64,000 bases of DNA, from assembly GCA_964016885.1 (NCBI GenBank), contig OZ024743.1:87110001-87174000 (forward strand). Reading direction: 5' to 3'. The notes beneath the pieces are model-generated. The model did not search any database and had not been told where the DNA came from. It saw only the letters and a list, made by a program, of their open reading frames with translations. Both the position numbers and the translations under genes were made by a program. The DNA is from Eledone cirrhosa (Eukaryota). Below are positions 26,976 through 40,224 of this stretch, in pieces (the first letter of the stretch is position 1; the number at the start of each line of letters is the position of its first letter).

Positions 26976-29862
26976 TTTTCTCTTTCTCTTAATTTCGAGT
27001 ATATTTTTTTGACCGGCCACCTTCCTGGTGGCAAGGTTGTAAAAGAAAAGAAATTGTCATCCCTTGAATCGCAAGAATGTTTTGCAAATTTTGAAGGTGC
27101 CAGCTATCGCAGCCATTTGTAGACTATGAATTAGGGAGCTGCGCTTTTTGTCCGCAAATCCAAGTTCAGTCATACTTTGGTCCAAGCGGGTTGGTATATA
27201 ACCCGTAGTACCAATAATGATGGGTATGAAGCTAAAGGTGTATCTTGGATACTGGATTTGTAAACTCCTCATCAATGGTCCGTAGATGTCCTCCTTCTCC
27301 TGTATTTTTCTGACAACGTTTACATCAAGTGGGCAGCTGATCTCCACAACAGAACACGTTTTCAATGTGTGGTCCCAAACCACAATATCAGGCCGGTTGT
27401 GCTTTAATTTGGTGGCAGTTTTTATTTTCAGGTTCCACCAGTATTCCTTAGTGCCATCTGTCTCAATATATTCTTCCTCGTTTGTTGTTAATTTTGTTTT
27501 CCGAAGTGCGTTCCAGATGGTTCTAGCTATCCCATCGTGTCTCATGGGGAGGTAGTAGCGAGATGACATTCTTTCACAGCTGGCAACAATGTGGCTTACA
27601 TCCTCGATCTTTGTTTTACATAGCCTACATTTATTGTCAGCTGCTGGCTCTCCTCTTTTGTGCAGCAGATATTTGGTAGGGAGTTCTTGTTCCTGTATTG
27701 CATAGAGATATCCCTCTAGGTGTGATGTCATAAACTTGTCGGAACTCCATGCTAGGCTTTTTGAGTGGTTTATCCCCTCTATGGTCTGTGTTTTACGCCT
27801 CAAGTATCCATGCACAACTTTTTCTGTAAATTGGTCAATTTTTTTATCTTGTTTGAACATTGAATAGGATCTTCCGATTTCTCTGGGTGAGAGATTTATA
27901 TCAGGCTTTATTCCATATCTCTCCTCCTGATCAGTCGCTATTCTAATGATATTTCTTTTTTCATGCTCATAAACCTGGGCAAGATGGTTGCCAACCTTTT
28001 TCCTCTGTTGAAGGTGTTGCTTCAGTGTTACTATCCGGGTCTCATATGTTGTTAATATTGATTTTAGACCCCGGCCACCTTCCTTGCGTGAGAAGTATAG
28101 CCTATCCACATCACCATTGATGTTAAAGTTCCCAGTAACACTGAGAAGTTTTCGAGTTCTAACATCCATCTCACTTAGTTCTTGCAATGACCAGTTCAGT
28201 AGGCCAAATGTTGGCGTTAGAATTGGCACAGCATAAGTATTGTGGGCAATGTATTTGTTGTATGCTGACAGTTCTGATGACCATATTTTCTTTACTCTTC
28301 TGAGGTATTCAGTTCTGGTTCTCTCCTTATTTATGGGTCCATCATATCTGACATTCTCATCCTGTCCAAGATATCTGTAGTTGTCACCTGACTGCAGAGG
28401 TTGTATTGTCAGGCCGTTCATCTCTAGATTTCTAGAGGAGGGCACAGCTCTTCCACGTTTTACTGCCAAATATGCACACTTGGACTCACCAAATTTCATT
28501 TTGATGTCGGTTGAAAATTGTGTAATGAGGTCCAATTGTTTCTTGATGTCATTGATATTTGGCCCATACAACTTCAGGTCATCAACAAAGAAAAGATGGG
28601 AGATACTTCTGGGCCCACTTCTTTGTCCACCTTGTTTCCTGAGTAGGTAAGATAGTGGATTCAGTGAGAGAACGAAGAGTAGCACTGACAAGCTATCACC
28701 CTGAAAGATGCCCTTCTGGTAATGTATCTTATCAGTCTTAACCTGCTCCTTCTCACCTCTAAGGATCAAATTGGTGTACCAGTTCTTGGTCAGGCGTTCA
28801 ACAGCAGCTACCAGTGGTTGTGGGACTTTAGCTAACTGTAAAGCCTTAATAATCCACCCATGAGGTACACTATCAAATGCTTTTTGATAGTCCAGCCACA
28901 CGACAGTCATGTTTCTGCGATTCTTTGTTGTTTTTTCCTGAATCATTTTGTTAGTTAGTAGGTGATCTATGCAACCCAACACCCCCTCTTTCCACCAGCT
29001 TGCTCAGGTGTTATGATGTTGTTGGTAGCACAGTGATCCTGTAAGAACAGGTTAAGGCACCCAGTATATAATTTATACATGATGTTTTAGCAGGCAATTG
29101 GGCGGTAATTTTTAGCAAGGGTGGTTTGGCTATTTTGGGGAATGGGGAGAGTAGTGGCAGTTGATAACCATCTGGGCAGTTCTTGTGTGCCCTTAATGGT
29201 TTCTGTAAACAGCCGTATGAGATCTTGCCGATAGAAAGTGAAATTCTTCAACCAGTATCCTGTAATGAGGTTGGGCCTGGCGATTTCCTATTCGACATTT
29301 TCTGTAGAGCTGTTTCCAGTATTGACCCATCTATATCATTGTTTTGTCTGGACATGTTGGCAGTAGTCCTGTTCCACTTCTTTTAGCCAATTAGCTTGTC
29401 TGTTGAATCCGTCATCGTTTCCCATACAGATCTCCAGTAGCTCTCAACCTGTTCTTTTGAAGGGGTGACATTTACAGGGATTGAGCTTTTGCCACCTAAG
29501 CTGCGATAAACTGATTTAGGATCTCAGGCAAACAATCTATTTAGCACTTGTTTATGTGCTGTTGACTTATATTTTAGTCTTTCTGTTGTAGCTGTGAGTT
29601 GTTGTTTCAACTGGTGTAATTTGGAGTTCAAAGTTTTAAATTTTGTATCTCCAAATCGTCTCTCTAACTTTTTCTTTAGGTCTTCCTGGTGTCGTGTGAA
29701 GTTGCTCTCTATGTTGCATTTCATAACGATTGCGATGTGTGAGATACTTCGTCTCAGGGACAAAGTTTTGGTTTTTAAATTTAGCATCCACGCTGGTTCA
29801 GGCTTTCTGTTTGTATCTTGATTGCGTGGTTTTAGATGTATGTGTCTTGATTGCGTCGTTTT
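26976..29862 (-). mobile_element. Family B copy 3 (longest; ORF 27057-28982 open, upstream part frameshifted)
   Basis: Same motifs, with extra N-terminal coding remnant at 29524-29860. Confidence 0.9.
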
Positions 29863-30245
29863 GTATGTATGTATGTGTGTATGCATGTTTCTTTGTATGT
29901 ATGTATCTTTTCGGGTTATAGCTACTGTCGCTCAGAGAGTGGGATGTGCTCAGTGCAAAGTCTTTCCTCACTTTAAAAAATATCTTCACGCACAGGCTTT
30001 GCAGGATAGAATTAATTAATAATTATTAATAATGGTATATCGTGCAATGGCCATACTCGATAACGAGGGGGCAGCCATCATGTATGTATGTATGTATTTA
30101 TGTATGTATGTAAGTATGTAATGTATGTATGTATGTATGTATGTATGTATGTATGTATGTATGTATGTATGTATGTATGTATGTATTGTACATACCCAAG
30201 CACAACAATATGTCTGAATCTGCACGTGTGTGTGAATGTGACCGC

Positions 30246-30298
<53 letters not shown>

Positions 30299-30789
30299 CG
30301 GAATTAATTTTCCTTTGTTAACACTTTGAATTTACCCGCCAAAAACCGGGGTTGCTTCCCTTGTTGGAAATAACACGTGACAACGAAATGATTGAAGGCT
30401 GTCTATTGTAACGGTCGCATGGAGTTTAAATTCACACCCGTTTGAGGCAAAATAACGGAATGCCTATCGATGAAGTGAGTCCCCGGTTCGATCATGGAAT
30501 ACCGCAAGCTTGTGCGTTACGTAAGTGGGATTGAGGATTTCAAATTCATAGAAACATATCGGACGTATTGCAGAATATAGTTCGATCTGTCCAGGTCTGT
30601 TGTTTTAACCTGATTAGTTCTTTCGTTGTTTTGGTATTGTGTGGTTGGGTTTTGCCTACCGCAATTTTCAATTTGTCAAACTATTTAAACGTAATGTTAT
30701 TACTCTAAGGGCCTACCCTTATTGAGTGCTTTGCTACTCATTCCTTATTGCTTGGCCACAGCCAAAGCTTCGATTTTACTAAGCTTCTA

Positions 30790-30847
<58 letters not shown>

Positions 30848-30850
30848 TAT

Positions 30851-31802
<952 letters not shown>

Positions 31803-31808
<6 letters not shown>

Positions 31809-31978
31809 CGGATAGGTGTCCTCATCTTCTTTTGTTGTTAACACAACGTTTCGGCTGATGTACTCTCAGCTGATGTGCATCAGCCGAAACGTTGTGTTAA
31901 CAACAAAACAAGATGAGGACACCTATCCGTCCAATAAATATAATGTAAATAATTCCTCGTCTCAAAAATATAGAACAG

Positions 31979-31980
<2 letters not shown>
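31803..31980. mobile_element. Palindromic PLE-type tail fragment carrying the 3' half of an HHR on each arm
   Basis: Arms 31803-31863 and 31875-31935. CATCAGCC-GAAA-CG-TT points outward on both arms. Confidence 0.55.
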
Positions 31981-32025
<45 letters not shown>

Positions 32026-32029
<4 letters not shown>

Positions 32030-32683
32030 AATATAATTCAGTGAGAATCGTATTTCGGCTGGTAGAAAAAGCGAAACGAAACGCAAAACCGTAGAAATGC
32101 TGCAAGCGCTCAATAGTTAAAAAACTAGAGCTAAACAATATGTTAAAACGCCATACAAACTGAAAAAGTGGTTAAGAAGACATTAACCACCTAAGCCAAA
32201 AAACAAATCAAGCTAAACAGGTCAAACAAAATAAATGATAAAAACTTGGACCCAAATGGAATTGGTGGCAAAATCCAAATGCAGGGTTTCTATGACACCT
32301 AAATCAATAATACTGTCTGCTTAAAACTATAAGCTTTCAGCATAAAGATCGGACAAGGAATATCACGTTATCAACAGGTAATTTTGCTCTGTAACCAACT
32401 TTGCGAGTGACGCAGAGCATAGTAAACGCATATGCGTAAGTCAGAAGGGGAAATTCCCCATATTTTGGCAAATGAATTCAGCATGTGTATATCATACAAC
32501 AAATTGCATAGATAGCACAAATCGAATAAGCACTCAACCAGGTAGTTTTTAAAATAAACTTATGCAATTAATATGTCAATAGAATTATTAACAGGTTAAT
32601 TGTAAGACTCGGGAGATTAATACAAATATAATTCAGCGAGAATCGTATTTCAGCTGGTAGAAAAAGCGAAACGAAACGCAAAA
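32026..32683. mobile_element. (TA)n-flanked element with ~63-bp direct terminal repeats (period 595 bp)
   Basis: 32026-32088 matches 32621-32683. Confidence 0.6.
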
Positions 32684-32711
32684 ATATATATATATATATA
32701 TATATATATAC

Positions 32712-33523
32712 AGTATTTTCCGTTGTGTTGTAATATAAATATTACACACAGTAGATTATCAGCTCACGTAGAGTTTGCTCGACGGTTCCAGTTGTAGTTC
32801 CAAAAGTAATCCGGAGAAAAATAGAAAGATTTGAATGGATACAGTTTAGTTGAAAGGAATTTATTGACACGTGTTTCTATAACAGTTACATAACCTAAAA
32901 CAGCTATCTACAAACTTTTAGTTATGCAGACATTCAATATTTCAATGTTATTATTTACTGTCATTTCATCAGAATAATATTACTGAGGACCTATTTAGTT
33001 TTTATAGAGAATATTAGGAGGGAGGGGTGAAGTTGTTAGAAGAATAGTTGAAGGAGTGGTTTTTCGATAGCAGTGAGAATTCTTGGTGGCAGTGAGTAAT
33101 TAGATTCCCATCTGTTGTTTTGACATTTTTTATAGAATATATTATTGGTTATTTTTCATATCTTCACTATCTCTAATCCTTCTATAGATTTAGAAAAATA
33201 ACCAATAATATATTCTATAAAAAATGTCAAAACAACAGATGGGAATCTAATTACTCACTGCCACCAAGAATTCTCACTGCTATCGAAAAACCACTCCTTC
33301 AACTATTCTTCTAACAACTTCACCCCTCCCTCCTAATATTCTCTATAAAAACTAAATAGGTCCTCAGTAATATTATTCTGATGAAATGACAGTAAATAAT
33401 AACATTGAAATATTGAATGTCTGCATAACTAAAAGTTTGTAGATAGCTGTTTTAGGTTATGTAACTGTTATAGAAACACGTGTCAATAAATTCCTTTCAA
33501 CTAAACTGTATCCATTCAAATCT

Positions 33524-33528
<5 letters not shown>
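32712..33528. mobile_element. (TA)n-flanked ~700-bp near-perfect palindrome with an HHR-like core in each arm
   Basis: Arms ~32821-33158 and ~33193-33530. CTGATGA(33378)-AATG...CATT-GAAA(33407)-TATT. Stem I is imperfect. Confidence 0.65.
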
Positions 33529-33561
<33 letters not shown>

Positions 33562-33868
33562 CAACCAGGTTGGATGGTCTTTATCTCCCGTCTACGATTT
33601 CACAGAACTTATGTTCACCGATTTCAGGGATTTGACTCCTTCTTCCTCACTTTTCGTTGCATTACCATCTTTGTTTGTTTACTGTCTCGCTCGTTCCCCT
33701 TATTTACATGTCCCAACGACTTTCTTTAGTCGTTGCTCGCACCAACCAGAGTTATATGATCTTTAAAGCGATGAAATACCAATGAAGGCTGGAAGATCAC
33801 TGATGAAGGACTAATTTTATTCATATGTAACCCATTTGCAACCACGCAGCACCCCATTTTTTCATATA

Positions 33869-33940
<72 letters not shown>

Positions 33941-33943
<3 letters not shown>

Positions 33944-34465
33944 AAAAAGGGATGAAATCGAAAATGCAACTGAAGTCTTATTTTTTTTTTAAATATATAT
34001 ATTTATTTGGTTCCTTTACCGGTTTCGCAGTTCTTCTGCTTTTCAAAAGGTGAGTTGAGATGGAGGGTCTGTGGTTTTTCTCACATCTGGTTGGTCTCTA
34101 AATGTTACTTGTTTTATATGGAAAAACTGGCTCGAAAACCAGGTTTTTCGAGAAGTAATTTGATTGGTTTGTCAATAATTATAATAAATTTCGCGCGCAC
34201 TGGCAATACAACAGCAAACACGAAAAAGTCAGGAAAATATGTTCATTCAAAAATATTCCTACTAAAGGAATCATTTTCCTACACACACACATACACACAC
34301 ACAATATATATATATATATATATATTCTCTTCATCTTAACATGCTAACCATACTCCCACACACATAACACCCATACACACACATAAAAACCCCCACACCT
34401 ACAACACCCTCCCCATTTCTACTAATAGAACCACTTTCCTACACACATATATATATACACACAAA

Positions 34466-34496
<31 letters not shown>

Positions 34497-34602
34497 TCTC
34501 TCTATCTAACATACTCGCACACACACACATAACACCCATAAACACACACACACAACTCCCTCCCCCATCTCTACTAATAGAATCATCTTCCAATACACAC
34601 AT

Positions 34603-34635
<33 letters not shown>

Positions 34636-35314
34636 AGCACACAAATAAACACATATCTTCAGTCTCAATAGAAAATCTGAACTCTGACACCTGAACTCTG
34701 ACAGCTGGCCATATTCACTGAACCAGAACATTTCTCCCAATCCCTTTTCCCTTGACCACTATCTCTCCATTGTCATAACATTCACTATAGACTACAGAAT
34801 ATTTTTCCAAATAAGGGCGCAAAAATGTAGTGAAAACTTGTTCACGTGACAGCCAAATTTCATTTATAACCAACCCCAAAAAAGCCTTCGTGAGCCTCAT
34901 TTCTTCAAGTAAAAAGAAATTCAAACACTCATATATGAAAAAACAACCTGTGACCCCCCCCCCCCTCTCTTATTTGAAGAACTGTTGTAACGCGAACTGG
35001 CGCGAAATTTATTATAATTATTGACAAACCAATCAAATTACTTCTCGAAAAACCTGGTTTTCGAGCCAGTTTTTCCATATAAAACAAGTAACATTTAGAG
35101 ACCAACCAGATGTGAGAAAAACCACAGACCCTCCATCTCAACTCACCTTTTGAAAAGCAGAAGAACTGCGAAACCGGTAAAGGAACCAAATAAATATATA
35201 TATTTTTTAAAAAAATAAGACTTCAGTTGCATTTTCGATTTCATCCCTTTTTCTTTATACTTCCACTCGTGTAGGACACCTCGGTTATTTTTCATTTTGT
35301 AAAAAAAACCTCAC

Positions 35315-35320
<6 letters not shown>
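33941..35320. mobile_element. (TA)n-flanked element with ~255-bp inverted arms
   Basis: 33941-34195 is the reverse complement of 35001-35256. Related fragments lie at 8157-8260 and 39473-39660. Confidence 0.7.
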
Positions 35321-35372
<52 letters not shown>

Positions 35373-35529
35373 TGGAATAAATGCTCTGAAATAGCGATAT
35401 ATATGTGAATATAGACATAGAATATTCGAAAATATTCTGTATGTTTATAATAAACATTTTGAAGACCTAATCGCTATAGAATAGAATACGTCACGTATTA
35501 CAATTAGATTCTCGATAAAAGCAAGGGAA

Positions 35530-35572
35530 GTAATCTACGCGTTTCATTCTTGTTAGAATTCATCAGGACTAC
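35530..35572 (-). ncRNA. Minimal type I hammerhead ribozyme (inverted arm)
   Basis: Exact reverse complement of 35953-35995. Confidence 0.85.
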
Positions 35573-35952
35573 ATATCCAGTGCTTTTATCGAGAATGACA
35601 CAGCTAGAGACTTATAGAATACTTAGCTGTGTACAGGAACTGGTTTGAAAGAGCGGTTGCCGGTCCGGCAGAAATTAGAAATTGGAATAAATGCTCTGAA
35701 ATAGCGATATATATGTGAATATAGACATAGAATATTCGAAAATATTCTGTATGTTTATAATAAACATTTTGAAGACCTAATCGCTATAGAATAGAATACG
35801 TCACGTATTACAATTAGATTCTCGATAAAAGCATTTATTCCAATTTCTAATTTCTGCCGGACCGGCAACCGCTCTTTCAAACCAGTTCCTGTACACAGCT
35901 AAGTATTCTATAAGTCTCTAGCTGTGTCATTCTCGATAAAAGCACTGGATAT

Positions 35953-35995
35953 GTAGTCCTGATGAATTCTAACAAGAATGAAACGCGTAGATTAC
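35953..35995 (+). ncRNA. Minimal type I hammerhead ribozyme; identical copies start at 36263, 36573, 36883, 37193, 37503 and 37813
   Basis: Stem I GUAGUC/GAUUAC, CUGAUGA, stem II AUUCU-aaca-AGAAU, GAAA, palindromic stem III CGCG, GUA cleavage triplet (cut after 35989). Confidence 0.9.
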
Positions 35996-37975
35996 TTCCC
36001 TTGCTTTTATCGAGAATCTAATTGTAATACGTGACGTATTCTATTCTATAGCGATTAGGTCTTCAAAATGTTTATTATAAACATACAGAATATTTTCGAA
36101 TATTCTATGTCTATATTCACATATATATCGCTATTTCAGAGCATTTATTCCAATTTCTAATTTCTGCCGGACCGGCAACCGCTCTTTCAAACCAGTTCCT
36201 GTACACAGCTAAGTATTCTATAAGTCTCTAGCTGTGTCATTCTCGATAAAAGCACTGGATATGTAGTCCTGATGAATTCTAACAAGAATGAAACGCGTAG
36301 ATTACTTCCCTTGCTTTTATCGAGAATCTAATTGTAATACGTGACGTATTCTATTCTATAGCGATTAGGTCTTCAAAATGTTTATTATAAACATACAGAA
36401 TATTTTCGAATATTCTATGTCTATATTCACATATATATCGCTATTTCAGAGCATTTATTCCAATTTCTAATTTCTGCCGGACCGGCAACCGCTCTTTCAA
36501 ACCAGTTCCTGTACACAGCTAAGTATTCTATAAGTCTCTAGCTGTGTCATTCTCGATAAAAGCACTGGATATGTAGTCCTGATGAATTCTAACAAGAATG
36601 AAACGCGTAGATTACTTCCCTTGCTTTTATCGAGAATCTAATTGTAATACGTGACGTATTCTATTCTATAGCGATTAGGTCTTCAAAATGTTTATTATAA
36701 ACATACAGAATATTTTCGAATATTCTATGTCTATATTCACATATATATCGCTATTTCAGAGCATTTATTCCAATTTCTAATTTCTGCCGGACCGGCAACC
36801 GCTCTTTCAAACCAGTTCCTGTACACAGCTAAGTATTCTATAAGTCTCTAGCTGTGTCATTCTCGATAAAAGCACTGGATATGTAGTCCTGATGAATTCT
36901 AACAAGAATGAAACGCGTAGATTACTTCCCTTGCTTTTATCGAGAATCTAATTGTAATACGTGACGTATTCTATTCTATAGCGATTAGGTCTTCAAAATG
37001 TTTATTATAAACATACAGAATATTTTCGAATATTCTATGTCTATATTCACATATATATCGCTATTTCAGAGCATTTATTCCAATTTCTAATTTCTGCCGG
37101 ACCGGCAACCGCTCTTTCAAACCAGTTCCTGTACACAGCTAAGTATTCTATAAGTCTCTAGCTGTGTCATTCTCGATAAAAGCACTGGATATGTAGTCCT
37201 GATGAATTCTAACAAGAATGAAACGCGTAGATTACTTCCCTTGCTTTTATCGAGAATCTAATTGTAATACGTGACGTATTCTATTCTATAGCGATTAGGT
37301 CTTCAAAATGTTTATTATAAACATACAGAATATTTTCGAATATTCTATGTCTATATTCACATATATATCGCTATTTCAGAGCATTTATTCCAATTTCTAA
37401 TTTCTGCCGGACCGGCAACCGCTCTTTCAAACCAGTTCCTGTACACAGCTAAGTATTCTATAAGTCTCTAGCTGTGTCATTCTCGATAAAAGCACTGGAT
37501 ATGTAGTCCTGATGAATTCTAACAAGAATGAAACGCGTAGATTACTTCCCTTGCTTTTATCGAGAATCTAATTGTAATACGTGACGTATTCTATTCTATA
37601 GCGATTAGGTCTTCAAAATGTTTATTATAAACATACAGAATATTTTCGAATATTCTATGTCTATATTCACATATATATCGCTATTTCAGAGCATTTATTC
37701 CAATTTCTAATTTCTGCCGGACCGGCAACCGCTCTTTCAAACCAGTTCCTGTACACAGCTAAGTATTCTATAAGTCTCTAGCTGTGTCATTCTCGATAAA
37801 AGCACTGGATATGTAGTCCTGATGAATTCTAACAAGAATGAAACGCGTAGATTACTTCCCTTGCTTTTATCGAGAATCTAATTGTAATACGTGACGTATT
37901 CTATTCTATAGCGATTAGGTCTTCAAAATGTTTATTATAAACATACAGAATATTTTCGAATATTCTATGTCTATA

Positions 37976-38010
<35 letters not shown>

Positions 38011-38051
38011 GTATATATATACGTATATATATATACGTATATATATATACG

Positions 38052-38085
<34 letters not shown>

Positions 38086-38153
38086 TGTATATATATATAT
38101 GTATGTATATATATACGTATATATATATATATACGTGTATATATATATGTATA

Positions 38154-38228
<75 letters not shown>

Positions 38229-38240
38229 GTATATATATAT

Positions 38241-38290
<50 letters not shown>

Positions 38291-38344
38291 ATATTAAGAA
38301 TATTTTCGAAACAGCGAGTGGGTTTGAAATTATTAGAAACGTAA

Positions 38345-38493
38345 GCTATCGTCGTATTTTGACTAAAGAAATTAAAGAAATTATTTAGCCTGATTGAGTA
38401 TTGACGTACATGTACGTCAATACTCATCTTTTATTTAACCCCACTATCTGGCTAAATAAATTCTTTAATTTCTTTAGTCAATTATGGCGATAG
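38345..38493. repeat. Nested inverted repeat next to (TA)n
   Basis: Outer arms GCTATCG...TATTTAGCC / GGCTAAATA...CGATAGC. Inner palindrome TGAGTATTGACGTACATGTACGTCAATACTCA. Confidence 0.7.
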
Positions 38494-38509
38494 CATATAT
38501 ATATATATA

Positions 38510-38709
38510 TAACGGAGGAAATGTGGTAAGGAACCAGGTGGACCATAACGCACCAAAGTACTCAATACTTAGGGTAGTAGAGTGGGTAATAGGAACGAGT
38601 AGGACCCCGACGGCTGAGCTCAAGCCGTTTCGACGGCTAACTCTTTTTAGTCCAGAATTAGCCGTCGAAACGGCTTGAGCTCAGCCGTCGGGGTCCTACT
38701 CGTTCCTAT
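38510..38709. mobile_element. Hairpin derivative of the PLE terminus
   Basis: Same family as 31580-31762. Arms ~38589-38640 and ~38658-38709. Confidence 0.75.
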
Positions 38710-38977
38710 ATATATAAATGTATTCTATTTTCTCCTAGTTTATTTTAAACCTAATTCTGCTTAGTTGACTGTATCTAGGTGATTACGCTGTTGAAATATT
38801 CGATAAATATTCCACTACGGCCGACGCGAAGCGCTAGTTTTGGTTATTTGTTGGAGATTCCTTCATAGAAGCCTCATTCGTATAGCCTGGTCTATTCGAT
38901 TTTTTATATAGTTAATTATGCTAATTGGGAGAGGAAATAGTATATATTTTATCTTGTGATTCTATAGACATGTTTTA

Positions 38978-39035
<58 letters not shown>

Positions 39036-39039
<4 letters not shown>

Positions 39040-39282
39040 CACAAAGAGAAGTGTGTTACACAGTGAGATGTGTGTAAAGAATTATTACAAGTGAGTTTCA
39101 GCAAAATATAGTTATAAGGTTCGTAATTTAAAACTCTAATCCAGAGATTTGATTCTGAATTAGTTTTTTTCTATTTAATTGCTAACCTGTAGATATTGTT
39201 CTCTATACAGTAACGGTAAACTCACTTGTAATAATTCTTTACACACATCTCACTGTGTAACACACTTCTCTTTGTGTAATAT
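39036..39282. repeat. ~62-bp inverted arms in a (TA)n-flanked element
   Basis: 39036-39098 is the reverse complement of 39218-39282. Confidence 0.7.
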
Positions 39283-39383
39283 ATATTTGCATTTGAGCTC
39301 AGAAGGAAACTCTCTATTCTTCTTTGAGCTAATACTATTATTATTATTACAGTGAACTGCGGAATACTCTTAATTCCGATCTT

Positions 39384-39464
<81 letters not shown>

Positions 39465-39667
39465 TATGTATATTAGAAAGTGAGGTTTTTTCAGAAAATG
39501 AAAAAAACCAGGTGTCCTACACGAGTGAAAGTATAAGGAAAAAAGATGAAATCGAAAATGCAACTGGAGTCTTTTTTTTTTTTATATATTTATTTGGTTC
39601 CTTTACCGGTTTCGCAGTTCTTGTGCTTTTCAAAAGTAGAATGGAGGGTTGTGGTTTGTATATACAT

Positions 39668-39868
39668 ATAACGAAGGAAGTGTGGTAAGGAACCAGGTGG
39701 ACCATAACGCACCAGAGTACTCGATACTTTGGGTAGTAGAGTGGGTTATAGGAAAATAGTCAGGACCCCGACCGCAGAGCTCAAGCCGTTTCGACAGCTA
39801 TTTCTGGACTGAAATAGCCGTCGAAATGGCTTGAGCTCTGCCGTCGAGGTCCTGATTATTTTCCTATT
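39668..39868. mobile_element. Hairpin derivative of the PLE terminus
   Basis: Same family as 31580-31762. Confidence 0.75.
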
Positions 39869-40020
39869 ATATATATCTATCACATAAGAAACGGAGAATC
39901 AGTGGTGCGACGAATTAGAATTTATTAGACATATTACAATCGTATATATATATAAATGAAAGGCATAGAAAACATTGTAGCAAAAAGCCAACAGTATTCC
40001 ATAATATATATATATATATA

Positions 40021-40077
40021 AGTATTGAGTACTTTGGTGCGTTATGGTCCACCTGGTTCCTTAGCACATTTCCTTCG

Positions 40078-40113
<36 letters not shown>

Positions 40114-40197
40114 CGAAGGAAATGTGGTAAGGAACCAGGTGGACCATAACGCACCAAAGTACTCAATACTTGAGGTAGTAGAGTGGGTAATAGGAAC
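40021..40197. mobile_element. Two PLE-terminus fragments facing each other across a (TA)n tract
   Basis: 40021-40080 is the reverse complement of 40111-40170. Confidence 0.7.
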
Positions 40198-40224
40198 CAG
40201 TAAGATATATGATATATATATATA

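Larger units (their letters stand above)
35369..37979. mobile_element. Retrozyme-like tandem array: ~6.9 x 310-bp units on + (35830-37979) preceded by ~1.5 inverted units (35369-35833)
   Basis: AGCACTGGAT recurs at 35941, 36251, 36561, 36871, 37181, 37491 and 37801. One HHR per unit, with (TA)n on both sides. Confidence 0.9.

Noticed and set aside
24720-27020. 766-aa ORF as a complete protein starting at 27020 (likewise ORF 22997-24697)
   Set aside because: Its N-terminus is the neighbouring copy's 3' UTR plus (ACAT)n read in frame by chance. The element is 5'-truncated at ~26905.
30440-30510. tRNA gene (GGTTCGATC B-box-like motif)
   Set aside because: No cloverleaf or acceptor stem is evident.
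35369-37979. Ordinary satellite DNA
   Set aside because: A complete HHR per unit, the 5' inversion and the (TA)n flanks fit a retrozyme insertion better.
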